Positions 7,435 to 16,479 of a stretch of 64,000 nucleotides of DNA are shown piece by piece (positions within the stretch are counted from its first letter, which is position 1; every line of letters begins with the position of its first letter). The DNA lies in IMG/VR virus record IMGVR_UViG_3300028625_000001, positions 1 to 64,000 of that record, one strand, 5' to 3'. A program made the translations under genes and the position numbers. The stretch is from a virus. The notes beneath the pieces are model-generated. The model saw only the letters and a program-made list of their open reading frames with translations. It ran no database searches and was not told where the DNA came from.

Positions 7435-7978
7435 TCTACTAGACGAAGCAAAGCATCTCAAGGCTATAGGTGAGTTCTCCAGCACGGAAGAGGCAATAAA
7501 CTTCATCATCTTTGATACAGTTACGCCCAAAAAGGAGATTGAAGAGATGAAAGAATCCGCTACGCAAGAAGGGATCTCGTTCTGCAAGGTTTGTGGCTCG
7601 GCAATGATCGATGGAGAATGTTATCTATGCAAAAAAGTCAGCGAGTCAAGTCAATGTGTTCAAACCGATCAGCCCGCAGAGGTTCTTTACAAGAGCAAAG
7701 AGGTAAAAGACCTGACTTTAGGCAGTGTCGTTGCCGCGGTTGATGAAGACGACGAAGACGAGAAGGCGACAGTAGTTACTCTATTCAATGCGGACTATAC
7801 CTATGAGGTCCTGGTCGAGCTAGACATAGCCTATCTGTATTATTACCTGATGGACTGTAAGAAAATCTCACTTATCTTCAATCCAGAGACTGTTCTTCTG
7901 CATATAGAGCTTGCACAAGGCGAAGAGTCTCCTTTCGCGGCGATGGCTACTAAAGTGGTTTTGCTGGAGGTTTATTGA
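7427..7978 (+). CDS. hypothetical protein with CxxC...CxxC zinc ribbon (183 aa)
   Basis: Trimmed to ATG 7427 after GGAGG. CKVCGSAMIDGECYLCKK. Confidence 0.55.
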   Translation: MSNLLDEAKHLKAIGEFSSTEEAINFIIFDTVTPKKEIEEMKESATQEGISFCKVCGSAMIDGECYLCKKVSESSQCVQTDQPAEVLYKSKEVKDLTLGSVVAAVDEDDEDEKATVVTLFNADYTYEVLVELDIAYLYYYLMDCKKISLIFNPETVLLHIELAQGEESPFAAMATKVVLLEVY

Positions 7979-8565
7979 TGCTTACACCAGGAAAGTTGAT
8001 AGACGCGCTCCTTCCCCACGGTGCGGTGTTTATCGATAAAACCCCCGTTGTTGCTAGTAACGAACCGGAAGTAGTAGTGACTTTTATAAAACAAACGACG
8101 GGTCGCTACCGGTACATCTTCTATAAAGGTGAACTGGTTCGGATAACGAAGAAACTGTCAGATACTGAAATAAAGATTGTTTGGGATAAAGTGCTCCCCT
8201 GGTACGAAGACCGGCGGTTAGTACTCCTTGGCATAATAAACGACTATCTTTGGGAATACGTCAACAAAGACCAGTATAAAATGACGGTGACGCAATTTGA
8301 GTATGACGCGAACTGCGATTGTGCGAGCATCGATATCAAGATCGATTTCCCGAAGAGATTGACGTCCGCGACTATTCCCTTCTTTATTCCTAAGGAGGGA
8401 GACATCCAGATAGATATTGCTATCGATCCCAACAGATTGTCCCTTGATAATTTCTGGATTGCCCTGGGCATACTTATGGGTCCGTGGCGGTGTGTTCATT
8501 GTGGGGAACCTACCGGAGACCCGAATAAGGAGTGCTATCGCTGTCGTCATCGCAAAAATGAATAA
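7975..8565 (+). CDS. hypothetical protein with C-terminal zinc ribbon (196 aa)
   Basis: ATGA overlap with the upstream stop. CVHCGEPTGDPNKECYRC at the C-terminus. Confidence 0.6.
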   Translation: MMLTPGKLIDALLPHGAVFIDKTPVVASNEPEVVVTFIKQTTGRYRYIFYKGELVRITKKLSDTEIKIVWDKVLPWYEDRRLVLLGIINDYLWEYVNKDQYKMTVTQFEYDANCDCASIDIKIDFPKRLTSATIPFFIPKEGDIQIDIAIDPNRLSLDNFWIALGILMGPWRCVHCGEPTGDPNKECYRCRHRKNE

Positions 8566-8770
8566 ATGTTGCGAATGGTGCGAGCCGCTATGCGCTTTCT
8601 GTATCTACTCGGAAGATCGAGACGGTAAACAGGTCTATTGTGCTTTGGCCGAGAAGGTCCGACGGGAGGACTACTGGTGCTGGTATTTTCATTGCAAAAA
8701 CAACCACATAGCACTCCCAGAGTTCTCAGAGCATGTAAGACGTCAATTCTACAGAGGAGATAGTTGTTGA
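8558..8770 (+). CDS. Cys-rich small protein (70 aa)
   Basis: ORF 8417..8770 trimmed to ATG 8558. MNKCCEWCEPLCAFC...CWYFHC. Confidence 0.5.
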   Translation: MNKCCEWCEPLCAFCIYSEDRDGKQVYCALAEKVRREDYWCWYFHCKNNHIALPEFSEHVRRQFYRGDSC

Positions 8771-8941
8771 ATGAAAAACAAAACTAGATTAAGTATTTCA
8801 ATTCCCAATACTATGTACGACTACATAGAGAGGAAAGCGTGGTCGCTGGGGCTGTCCAAAAACGCGGTAATCCTCCTGATGCTTAACGAGGTGTTTAAGA
8901 GTGACAAGAAGCGAAGTCGAGAGAAAACTAATAAAACTTGA
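8771..8941 (+). CDS. ribbon-helix-helix (CopG/Arc-like) DNA-binding protein (56 aa)
   Basis: ATG 8771. TRLSISIPNTMYDYIERKAWSLGLSKNAVILLMLNEVF fits a beta-strand/helix/helix RHH pattern. Below the ORF-track cutoff. Confidence 0.5.
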   Translation: MKNKTRLSISIPNTMYDYIERKAWSLGLSKNAVILLMLNEVFKSDKKRSREKTNKT

Positions 8942-9323
8942 GGTTCGGGGAAACTCCTCCTTTCCTCCCGAATCTTTCAAAGATCAGCGAAATACGGCCC
9001 AGGCTATGGCGCAAATGCTTCTTTGGATGTTGACGGGTGGTTTTATCAGTCTCCCTATAAAAACTCAATACAGACCCATTATAACGCTAGATATCGAAGG
9101 GGATTTTGCCCAGGCCGCCTGGCGGTATGAAGCGAGTCGGGGACATGACAGCGGAGAATATGAGTTCTATAAAGCTAAATGGATAACAACGAAGGATTTA
9201 CTCGAAGCCGCGGCAAATATTACGGAAGAGTCCCGCTCACTCCTATCGTCTAATATAGTCCTCAACGAAGTAAAGAGAGAGGCGCGAACACAAAAGATAG
9301 AGGAGGACGAGGAAAATGTTTGA
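8901..9323 (+). CDS. hypothetical protein (140 aa; start uncertain)
   Basis: GTG start 9 nt after GAGG. Overlaps the end of the RHH ORF by 41 nt. Confidence 0.45.
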   Translation: MTRSEVERKLIKLEVRGNSSFPPESFKDQRNTAQAMAQMLLWMLTGGFISLPIKTQYRPIITLDIEGDFAQAAWRYEASRGHDSGEYEFYKAKWITTKDLLEAAANITEESRSLLSSNIVLNEVKREARTQKIEEDEENV

Positions 9324-9801
9324 CTTAGTAGCCACGTTTGAAGAAGAGGCCAAGCGCACGACTCCAAATATCCCACACGCAGTAATTTCTATAACAAGCG
9401 AGGACAGGGAGGTTGATTTTCCGCCTAACCCGTATAGGAAAGTCCTCTTGAGGCTGAGGTTCCACGACGAAGAACGCCCACGGAACAACTATACAACGAT
9501 GTCCTCTCTTGATGCGGCAAGAGTTTGGAGCCTGGTTCAGAAAGTTCAGGGAGAGATCGGGTTATTGATTATCCATTGTCTTGCGGGATTCTCAAGGTCG
9601 CCCGCAATAGCCGCGGCAATAGACGAGGTTTTGGATATATATGACGACAATCGATGGTTTACGAACTATTCCCCGAATAGGCATGTGTATAGAATTATGT
9701 TGAACACTTACCACTTCTACGATGAAGCCGTTGAAGGGCTTAAAAAGAAAGGAATCAATCTGGAAGAATATGGGATTGTGCATCCTCTATTCTTGAAGTG
9801 A
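9316..9801 (+). CDS. Cys-based protein phosphatase (dual-specificity/PTP-like)
   Basis: IIHCLAGFSRSPA matches the HCX5R(S/T) P-loop signature. RBS GAGGAGGA. Confidence 0.6.
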   Translation: MFDLVATFEEEAKRTTPNIPHAVISITSEDREVDFPPNPYRKVLLRLRFHDEERPRNNYTTMSSLDAARVWSLVQKVQGEIGLLIIHCLAGFSRSPAIAAAIDEVLDIYDDNRWFTNYSPNRHVYRIMLNTYHFYDEAVEGLKKKGINLEEYGIVHPLFLK

Positions 9802-10142
9802 GGTCGAGATTTGTGAAGATTATAGTCATAGCAATTATAGTCCTGATTGTAATTGCTATTGCAGGGTCGATGATTTTGCAATTGGGTATGAAACAGGCAC
9901 TTACCGTAACAATTACGAACAAAGAACGGGTAATGAAGGATAAGGATAGCTACTATCTTGTCTGGACTGATAAAGAAGTCTTCTCCCTGAAGGATTCGTT
10001 TTGGAACTTTCAGTTTCGCTCCTCCGATTTATATGGGAAGCTTCAGCCGGGCAAAACTTACGAAGTCGTTGTCTATGGTCTGAGAATCCCGTTCTTCTCC
10101 TGGTATAGAAACATTATCAGCGTAAAGGAGGTTTTTGAGTGA
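9798..10142 (+). CDS. membrane-anchored protein (114 aa)
   Basis: N-terminal TM helix IIVIAIIVLIVIAIAGSMIL. GTG at 9798, or alternatively 9813. Confidence 0.55.
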   Translation: MRSRFVKIIVIAIIVLIVIAIAGSMILQLGMKQALTVTITNKERVMKDKDSYYLVWTDKEVFSLKDSFWNFQFRSSDLYGKLQPGKTYEVVVYGLRIPFFSWYRNIISVKEVFE

Positions 10143-10525
10143 GGAAGTTAGAGATCAACATAACAGAAGACGGGCCAAAGGCGATTGCCTGTTTTCAAGT
10201 CTCTAATCCTCAACAACTAAAAATACTTTACTCTATCCTCATAGAGTTCACGGAGGCCGGGGTAATCAAAGAAGGTTTAACTCCTGAGCAAACAGAAGAA
10301 CTCGAAGTCATTCTTGCCCGGGACAAAGAAGTTGCGAAATACATGGCGGCGGAGATTGCTACAGTCCTGTCCGCGCAGGGACACATAGACCAAGTAAATA
10401 AATACTTCAGAGAAGTAATTGTCGATGGGAAGACAGAAGAGGAAGTTACCGAAGAGATGCTAAAAGAACTCAAAGCGAAAGCGGAAAAACTCACTGAGGA
10501 GGATACGGAATGTTTGGATGGGTAG
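10139..10525 (+). CDS. acidic hypothetical protein (128 aa)
   Basis: GTG after AAGGAGG. Confidence 0.55.
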   Translation: MRKLEINITEDGPKAIACFQVSNPQQLKILYSILIEFTEAGVIKEGLTPEQTEELEVILARDKEVAKYMAAEIATVLSAQGHIDQVNKYFREVIVDGKTEEEVTEEMLKELKAKAEKLTEEDTECLDG

Positions 10526-10743
10526 AAGTTAATGGCATAATGGTTCGGATAAGAGACATTATCGCTCTCGGACCAATTATCCAGACTGAAGTTACGCAAA
10601 AGTTCATGTTCTATGTTCAGGGCACCAGGGAAAGATATTACTCGCAGTCTTATGACTCCAAGCTCGCGGCCAGTGTCCATTGGGCCAACATCTTAGACGC
10701 TATTTCCAAGTACGAGAAATCTTTTTGCCATAACGCATTATAA
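10510..10743 (+). CDS. hypothetical protein (77 aa)
   Basis: ATG after GAGGAGGA. Confidence 0.55.
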   Translation: MFGWVEVNGIMVRIRDIIALGPIIQTEVTQKFMFYVQGTRERYYSQSYDSKLAASVHWANILDAISKYEKSFCHNAL

Positions 10744-10758
10744 ACGGAGGTAAAACCT

Positions 10759-11109
10759 ATGGCCCGCTTGCTCCTGGGACCCACCTTTGATATTTATTTG
10801 ACTATAGACGAAACGGCTGAACTTCTCAGCAAGTCGCCTGAAGAAATAGAGAAAACTTTTGACCTCTATCAGTTGAATGGCAAGGGTGAGTATTATGTCT
10901 GTATGTCTCAGACCTTCAAAGACCTAAACAGTCCGAAAGCCAAATATTTGATGGATCTTTTTTCGTCGGCCATAGGTGATATACAGACAATTGTCGAAAC
11001 CCTACAGCTTATTAGTAGGGATCTTGTTGAGTTATTGAAAAAAGAGCACTTTGAGATAGTTGAAAAATCGCTGCCACAAAGGGGGCGGGGGAGATCCCGG
11101 AAGCAATAA
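10759..11109 (+). CDS. hypothetical protein (116 aa)
   Basis: ATG after ACGGAGGT. Confidence 0.55.
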   Translation: MARLLLGPTFDIYLTIDETAELLSKSPEEIEKTFDLYQLNGKGEYYVCMSQTFKDLNSPKAKYLMDLFSSAIGDIQTIVETLQLISRDLVELLKKEHFEIVEKSLPQRGRGRSRKQ

Positions 11110-11141
11110 TACAGACCAGCTACTTCTTAAAGGTCATAAAA

Positions 11142-11453
11142 TTGGGGATTTTAGAGAGGGCGGTATCTATTTCGCCTGAACCCCCGCCGGGGATAGACCT
11201 TCCATGCTACCCCGCCCTTATCCCTCCCTTATTTTTACAGCAAGACTTCTCAAGAGACGGAAACACCTTGATGTATCGCCGCAAGTATTTTCGTCAATTA
11301 ATGAAGTTAGATCCCTACAAAGTCTTAAAAGACTTAGGCGGAAAGATCCTGTGTTGTACAGAGGACTCGGAGATTTTCTGTCATAGACACTTGATCTCCG
11401 AGTGGATATACGTCGAGACAAAACACTTCATAACGGAGATTTACATTGATTGA
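11142..11453 (+). CDS. DUF488-like protein (start uncertain)
   Basis: KILCCTEDSEIFCHRHLISEWI resembles the LLC.C....CHR motif of DUF488. Weak RBS with TTG start. Confidence 0.4.
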   Translation: MGILERAVSISPEPPPGIDLPCYPALIPPLFLQQDFSRDGNTLMYRRKYFRQLMKLDPYKVLKDLGGKILCCTEDSEIFCHRHLISEWIYVETKHFITEIYID

Positions 11454-11465
11454 AAGGACTCTTTT

Positions 11466-11714
11466 TTGCCACAATACGATATCTGGAAAGGTTATCTCTA
11501 TAACTTCCCTGCCCGGGAGACTACTTATATCACTTTCGATTCTCAGACAGGAGACATGTATATGTATGAGGTATTCGAAGTTCCTTATCTCATAGACTAC
11601 TTAGAACTGGAGGACGAGATTGAACAAACCAATGACTATACTGATGGTGACTTGGTTGCCAATGAAGAGACGGTATCAGTTCAAGAAACTGAAAGCCTTG
11701 CCGCAGAACCTTGA
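11466..11714 (+). CDS. acidic hypothetical protein (82 aa)
   Basis: ORF track entry with TTG start. Confidence 0.45.
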   Translation: MPQYDIWKGYLYNFPARETTYITFDSQTGDMYMYEVFEVPYLIDYLELEDEIEQTNDYTDGDLVANEETVSVQETESLAAEP

Positions 11715-11937
11715 CAACCTTTCACTTTTAAAGGTCGCGGAGAAGTATGGAGAAGAGTTTGAGATAGTGGCGGTTTACGATATAGGCAACTTAGGAACTC
11801 TCCCCACGACCCTTGCCGCGGCAACCGGCAAGACCACCTATGACCAGCTCACCATTCCACAATGGCAAATCTTCTGGGCGCTAGAACAAGCGGCGGGATT
11901 TACCCCGCATCGAATAACGAAGAAGGAGGCAATATGA
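11662..11937 (+). CDS. hypothetical protein (start uncertain)
   Basis: ORF 11620..11937. The internal ATG at 11662 still overlaps the upstream ORF by 53 nt. Confidence 0.35.
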   Translation: MKRRYQFKKLKALPQNLDNLSLLKVAEKYGEEFEIVAVYDIGNLGTLPTTLAAATGKTTYDQLTIPQWQIFWALEQAAGFTPHRITKKEAI

Positions 11938-12410
11938 AAGAAGGATATACCAACTTTTCAGACGAAGAAAGAATAGTCGGGATAAAAGAGAGGCTGAAGG
12001 ACTACAGAGGAATAGTTTCTAAGATAAAAGAGAAAAACAAAGACGATGAATCTTCTATCTGGTATAACTTAGCCATAAAAAAGCTTGCTTTTGCCGACTT
12101 CGCGGAGGGCGACATCGAGTTTTTGTTATCTAAACTCGAAAGTTCAGAAGATAGGTTAGACAATTCTCGACAAAACCTGTATCGACAGGTAAAGAAGTTT
12201 TCTCAAGACCTACTAGACATCTTCAAAGACGAAAAGTCTTATATCGCCTTCCTGGATAAATTAGCCGACGAATACTTTTCACCTAGCGGGCGGCAACGAT
12301 CGCTTATGTTCAAACAACTTAAAAATGCCAATACCCAGACCGAACCTTTCGTAAGTAAAATGGACGCAATCGTTCTTATAGTCTCTCTTATAGAAGAGCT
12401 TTATACTTGA
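11934..12410 (+). CDS. hypothetical protein (158 aa)
   Basis: Trimmed to ATG 11934 after GAAGGAGG. ATGA overlap with the upstream stop. Confidence 0.55.
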   Translation: MKEGYTNFSDEERIVGIKERLKDYRGIVSKIKEKNKDDESSIWYNLAIKKLAFADFAEGDIEFLLSKLESSEDRLDNSRQNLYRQVKKFSQDLLDIFKDEKSYIAFLDKLADEYFSPSGRQRSLMFKQLKNANTQTEPFVSKMDAIVLIVSLIEELYT

Positions 12411-12427
12411 CCGGTGCCAGAGAATTG

Positions 12428-12454
12428 CTTAAGGAGGGGAGTACCCTCCTTAAG
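12428..12454 (+). terminator. terminator-like hairpin
   Basis: CTTAAGGAGGG-GAGTA-CCCTCCTTAAG, an 11-bp perfect stem, followed by TTATGTT. Confidence 0.5.
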
Positions 12455-12477
12455 TTATGTTACAGCTTAAAGATAGC

Positions 12478-12506
12478 TTGACATTCGTAAAGTCATATGA
12501 TATTAT
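12478..12506 (+). promoter_or_regulatory. sigma70-type promoter
   Basis: TTGACA, 17 nt, TATTAT. Confidence 0.6.
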
Positions 12507-12563
12507 CTAATCGTGGAACCTAGAAAAGCCACTTACAGAACTTAATATCATAGGAGGTAAAAG

Positions 12564-13079
12564 ATGGAAGAGCTTAGGAAAATGAAAGTCTATAGCAGAG
12601 CAAGTAAGAAAGTAGGATTTGTAGAACGGTTTGACAGAAAGCACGGACTTGTAGTGAGTTGTGAAAAGAATGGAATAGTAGAGATCGAGAACATACTTCC
12701 TGCCGATGCCGTCTTCCTGGCAGATGCGAAAATTGTCGATCATGCCGGGCAACCCCTCTTCGAATACGACTACATAAGGCACTATCTCCACGGGGAGATA
12801 TCCAGCAACTTCTACATTCTTCGCTTCGGGCCTTACCAATTCGAAAATTATAGACACATAGGCTTCTATCTTGAAAAAGTCGGTTATGTCGATGCTAAAG
12901 GAGACTGTAAGGAAAAAAGCCTCAAGATGAAAGAGAGAGAGACTTTCCCTATAGGCGTCTTATTTGAGAACTTTAATAACTCCTTCTATGTTGACGGTAG
13001 TCTCCTGGATGATCCTAAAAGATTCAAGCCGGAAAAAGAAATTATCCCGGAGCTGGAGGTTGCGAGATTTACGATATAG
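12564..13079 (+). CDS. hypothetical protein (171 aa)
   Basis: ATG after TAGGAGGT. Confidence 0.6.
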   Translation: MEELRKMKVYSRASKKVGFVERFDRKHGLVVSCEKNGIVEIENILPADAVFLADAKIVDHAGQPLFEYDYIRHYLHGEISSNFYILRFGPYQFENYRHIGFYLEKVGYVDAKGDCKEKSLKMKERETFPIGVLFENFNNSFYVDGSLLDDPKRFKPEKEIIPELEVARFTI

Positions 13080-13176
13080 TCCGGTTGATCTTCATCGATA
13101 TAACTCCCAAAGTCTTCATTGTTGCTGTGTTACTCTACCTAGTTTTCAAACTCGAAGATGACGAAAGGAGAAGACG

Positions 13177-13497
13177 TTGATTGAGAAGGAAGACTTTTTG
13201 GAATACGTAAAGGCGGCCGACGAAGCCGTCCAGAGGCTTAAAAGGATTGCAGGAGATCCAGAGACTAAGAGAATTTTTCTCTTTGAAAAGATAGGACCAG
13301 GGCACCATATCCCGCTTGATTATGAACTTATATGGGACATCGACGACCAACTAATTCCAGCTTCAAGACTTATCAACAAAGACACTCCCCGCGGGACCGA
13401 ACTACTAACCACCTTAAATAAAGCCTTAGCAGAAGAAGCCTTATACCAGATCATAAGCTGGAGACTCAAACAAGACCTAAAAAAGAAAGGAAACTGA
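13177..13497 (+). CDS. hypothetical protein (106 aa)
   Basis: TTG start after AAGGAGAAG. Confidence 0.5.
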   Translation: MIEKEDFLEYVKAADEAVQRLKRIAGDPETKRIFLFEKIGPGHHIPLDYELIWDIDDQLIPASRLINKDTPRGTELLTTLNKALAEEALYQIISWRLKQDLKKKGN

Positions 13498-13589
13498 TAA
13501 AAGGAGGATAAGCGCAAATAATGGAAGAAGGGGTTAAGAGATGACTTATAAAGACATCGAAGAAGCAAAAAGCTTAAGGAGGAAGATGA

Positions 13590-13943
13590 ATGAAGCCTGA
13601 AAAGTATACAACAAAAATCCTGGTAGAAGCGATGAAACTAACCAAGAGAAACCTACACTGGATAAAAGATTGGCTAGGGCAACATGGATATATAGACTTT
13701 GAGGTCGATCTTTATGGTTCTTGCGGCGATGTCCGCCGGTTAACACCAGGCTCGGCGACAGACATGAACGATGACTACGAAGTATTGACTCTTACTGCGA
13801 TGAGTGCAACCGAAGACAAAATAACGATAACAGGTGACGATTGGCTGGTCAAACTACCGACAAGCAAGTTTATTTGTGTCCCTGAGAAGCTATTTGAGGC
13901 GGTTTATGAAGAATGGGAACCGCTATACGCAGCACAAGGATAA
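13590..13943 (+). CDS. hypothetical protein (117 aa)
   Basis: ATG after AAGGAGGAAG. Confidence 0.55.
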   Translation: MKPEKYTTKILVEAMKLTKRNLHWIKDWLGQHGYIDFEVDLYGSCGDVRRLTPGSATDMNDDYEVLTLTAMSATEDKITITGDDWLVKLPTSKFICVPEKLFEAVYEEWEPLYAAQG

Positions 13944-13954
13944 GGGAGGTCCTA

Positions 13955-14227
13955 ATGTCGAACAACGAACATTGGTTTGCCAGAGATCACGCTCTCCCCG
14001 AAGGCGAGAAGAGATGTTATTCCGGGAGAGAACTAGATAGATTTAAGAAAACGTGGCGTTTCGAGATGACTAACCACAAAGGGGAAGTTGATGACGTTAC
14101 AAATGACGTCGAGGAGTTGTGGGAACAGGGTGGCAGAGGTTTTTATAGTGTGCTGCTTACTAAGGCTGGTCCGCCAGAAGTTTGTTGTTTTAATATCCCT
14201 GGTGAAATACAGATGGTTAGGAGGTAG
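13955..14227 (+). CDS. hypothetical protein (90 aa)
   Basis: ORF 13913..14227 trimmed to ATG 13955 after AAGGGAGGT. Confidence 0.55.
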   Translation: MSNNEHWFARDHALPEGEKRCYSGRELDRFKKTWRFEMTNHKGEVDDVTNDVEELWEQGGRGFYSVLLTKAGPPEVCCFNIPGEIQMVRR

Positions 14228-14230
14228 TGT

Positions 14231-14398
14231 ATGTGTTACGATGGTTTCACGTCTACTTCTTCTCAAGCGCCGTTGTGTGTTTGTTGCGGCGCCAAGATTA
14301 CCGACCTCACCCTTCATTGGTCAAATAAAGAAGGCGGGTATGTGTGCGAGAAATGCTTGGCGGAAATTGAGAAAACATTGAGGAGTGCTGGAAAATGA
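14231..14398 (+). CDS. zinc-ribbon protein (55 aa)
   Basis: ATG 14231 after TTAGGAGGT. CVCCG...CEKC. The stop overlaps the next ATG. Below the ORF-track cutoff. Confidence 0.5.
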   Translation: MCYDGFTSTSSQAPLCVCCGAKITDLTLHWSNKEGGYVCEKCLAEIEKTLRSAGK

Positions 14399-14814
14399 AG
14401 CCGAAATTTAGTATGTGGATACCTGAACATAAGCTACTTTGTTTAGTTGAGACTATCGATTTTGCTATGAATGGCGACATTGCCTATGTTATGCCCGAAA
14501 TCCCCGACCCGAAAAATCCTGCATATAGAGCATATGATCCGAAAGAGGTAGTTTTACTTCTTGGGACAGGAAAGATAGATAAAAATGGATTTGAGATATT
14601 TGAGGGTAACATCATAGAGCATAAATATAACAGTCCTCTTTCTGGTGAAGAAGTTATCCATAGATATCAAGTTGTTTGGAATGAGACATTTGCTATGTTT
14701 AGCGCGGTAGGCATAGGAATTAGAAACCAAACCAGTCTAAATAGTTCAGCCCGACGTTTTGAAATTATTGGGACTATCTATACTGATCCAGAGCTATTGG
14801 GAGTAGAGAAATGA
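14395..14814 (+). CDS. YopX-family protein, paralog 1
   Basis: Typical YopX pattern: MKPKFSMW..., LLLGTGKIDKNGFEIFEGNII, C-terminal FEIIGTIYTDPELL. Confidence 0.65.
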   Translation: MKPKFSMWIPEHKLLCLVETIDFAMNGDIAYVMPEIPDPKNPAYRAYDPKEVVLLLGTGKIDKNGFEIFEGNIIEHKYNSPLSGEEVIHRYQVVWNETFAMFSAVGIGIRNQTSLNSSARRFEIIGTIYTDPELLGVEK

Positions 14815-15029
14815 AAAGAAGAAGCGAGGAGATATTTTTCGAAAGGTATGTCGGCGGGGAATATCTTCGCGTTGTCAAGGTTTCTGAAGCGACACCTCCT
14901 TTTCGCGCATATGGTGTTTCACCTTCTCAAGTCACAACAATAATGGGCTTTACGTATACAGAGCTAATGGACAATATTCGAAGGGATAAACCCGAATGGG
15001 CGAAAGAAATTGATATGGCAGGGGCTTGA
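14811..15029 (+). CDS. hypothetical protein (72 aa)
   Basis: ATGA overlap with the upstream stop. Confidence 0.5.
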   Translation: MKRRSEEIFFERYVGGEYLRVVKVSEATPPFRAYGVSPSQVTTIMGFTYTELMDNIRRDKPEWAKEIDMAGA

Positions 15030-15077
15030 AGGAGGCAGAGAAAAATAATATACCAAAATGAAGATGTAAAACTCATT

Positions 15078-15323
15078 TTGAAGAGGCTGGAAGACAGGTA
15101 CGAAGTCAAAATGTACACAGACTTCGATTATAACCAAATAACTATTATGAGGCGCGAGTTTAGGACTAGAGATGAGGCCGCCGAAGCATTTCAACGAGCA
15201 AAGGAGCTCATTGAGTTCTTCGAAAAAGCAACACTACCGCCCAGGCCGAAGAATCCGCGAATAATCACATTAGACGAAATAGGCACAATAGAAAGTCGAG
15301 ATTACCTAGATCACTACGACTAA
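15078..15323 (+). CDS. hypothetical protein (81 aa; start uncertain)
   Basis: ORF track entry with TTG start and no clear RBS. Confidence 0.4.
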   Translation: MKRLEDRYEVKMYTDFDYNQITIMRREFRTRDEAAEAFQRAKELIEFFEKATLPPRPKNPRIITLDEIGTIESRDYLDHYD

Positions 15324-15422
15324 CTAAGCGTTAAAAAAAGGCAAGGAATGACATCCACAGGGGTTTTTCGAAAGGACTAAGCGCGACTCTAGTTGTAAGA
15401 ACTACGAAAGGAGGATAGATAG

Positions 15423-15929
15423 ATGAACCCTAAATTCCGAATATGGGTAAAGCAAGAAAAGAAGATGTTTCCAGTTGCTGGATTAGCCTTTTCTAAAGAA
15501 GGAGAAATAGAAGAGATTTATCCGTTTCTTCCTGAAATAGAAAAGTTTGGCGATTGGCCTGAACCGTATTGGTCTAACCAAGTAGTTCTTATGCAATCGA
15601 CCGGGCATAGGGGCATCGATGGCACGGAGCTTTTTATAGATGATGTATTTTTTAACCCCGAAGATCCCTCACAAGAGTTGTTTACGATAGCCAGCTTAGA
15701 GGACTGGTTCTCGTTCAAATCAAGTTATATTTTTGCCGAGATAGAGATCCTTGGGAACATTCACGAAAACCCAGAGCTACTTATCCAGATTAACGAGGCA
15801 GATAAGAAACGTTGGGCTGATGAAGAAGTTGAACCAGCGGCATCGTACCAGGCACATGCGCTAAAGATGTTGTCCGCATTAGACGAAGAAGGAAAAGAGG
15901 AATGGCGCCAAAATATAGAGCTTGGATAA
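15423..15929 (+). CDS. YopX-family protein, paralog 2
   Basis: MNPKFRIW..., MQSTGHRGIDGTELFIDDV, EILGNIHENPELL. RBS AAGGAGGA. Confidence 0.65.
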   Translation: MNPKFRIWVKQEKKMFPVAGLAFSKEGEIEEIYPFLPEIEKFGDWPEPYWSNQVVLMQSTGHRGIDGTELFIDDVFFNPEDPSQELFTIASLEDWFSFKSSYIFAEIEILGNIHENPELLIQINEADKKRWADEEVEPAASYQAHALKMLSALDEEGKEEWRQNIELG

Positions 15930-16459
15930 GAAGTGCTAAAGAGATGCTTTATAAGGGGTATAGCATTAGTTTTGATGAAAACACAGGACATCCTTATCTC
16001 ACAACCCGTTCGCGCGGGGTTAACAACTATTATCCCCACGAAAGTTCTAATTTCATCCTAATGCAGACGACGGGACTGAAAGATATGCTAGACACAGAAA
16101 TCTACGAGGCAGACATCTTGCTTGGATGCGACAATTCCCGAGACTACTTCAAAAAGGTAATCGTTGTCTGGGACAGAAAGAAAGCGGCTTTTAGGTTATT
16201 AAACGCTCCAATAAAACAAATCGACTTAGAGGTATTATTCACTACTCAAAAGCCCCCAGAGGTATGGAGTGTTACTGAACCAAGAGGTTTCGACTTACAA
16301 AAGCTACATACATTATACCGACCGGTGGTAATAGGGAATGTTTTCGAGACGCCGTGGCTGGTTTCAGAATTACCCGACAAATACACCACCAACACAACTG
16401 ACACAACAAGTAGGGGGATTGAGTTTATAGCCAGTCAATCTAGCGAACAGATGGCTTAA
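15902..16459 (+). CDS. YopX-family protein, paralog 3
   Basis: MAPKYRAW..., MQTTGLKDMLDTEIYEADIL, VVIGNVFETPWL. Confidence 0.6.
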   Translation: MAPKYRAWIRSAKEMLYKGYSISFDENTGHPYLTTRSRGVNNYYPHESSNFILMQTTGLKDMLDTEIYEADILLGCDNSRDYFKKVIVVWDRKKAAFRLLNAPIKQIDLEVLFTTQKPPEVWSVTEPRGFDLQKLHTLYRPVVIGNVFETPWLVSELPDKYTTNTTDTTSRGIEFIASQSSEQMA

Positions 16460-16479
16460 CAAAGAAAGGAGGCTAGGTA

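Noticed and set aside
10228-10680. Antisense ORF 10228..10680(-, 150 aa, Ser-rich); similarly 32478..32996(-), 31498..32015(-) and 25845..26231(-)
   Set aside because: All lie fully inside well-supported plus-strand genes, have no RBS, and show low-complexity composition typical of antisense frames of Glu/Lys-rich genes.
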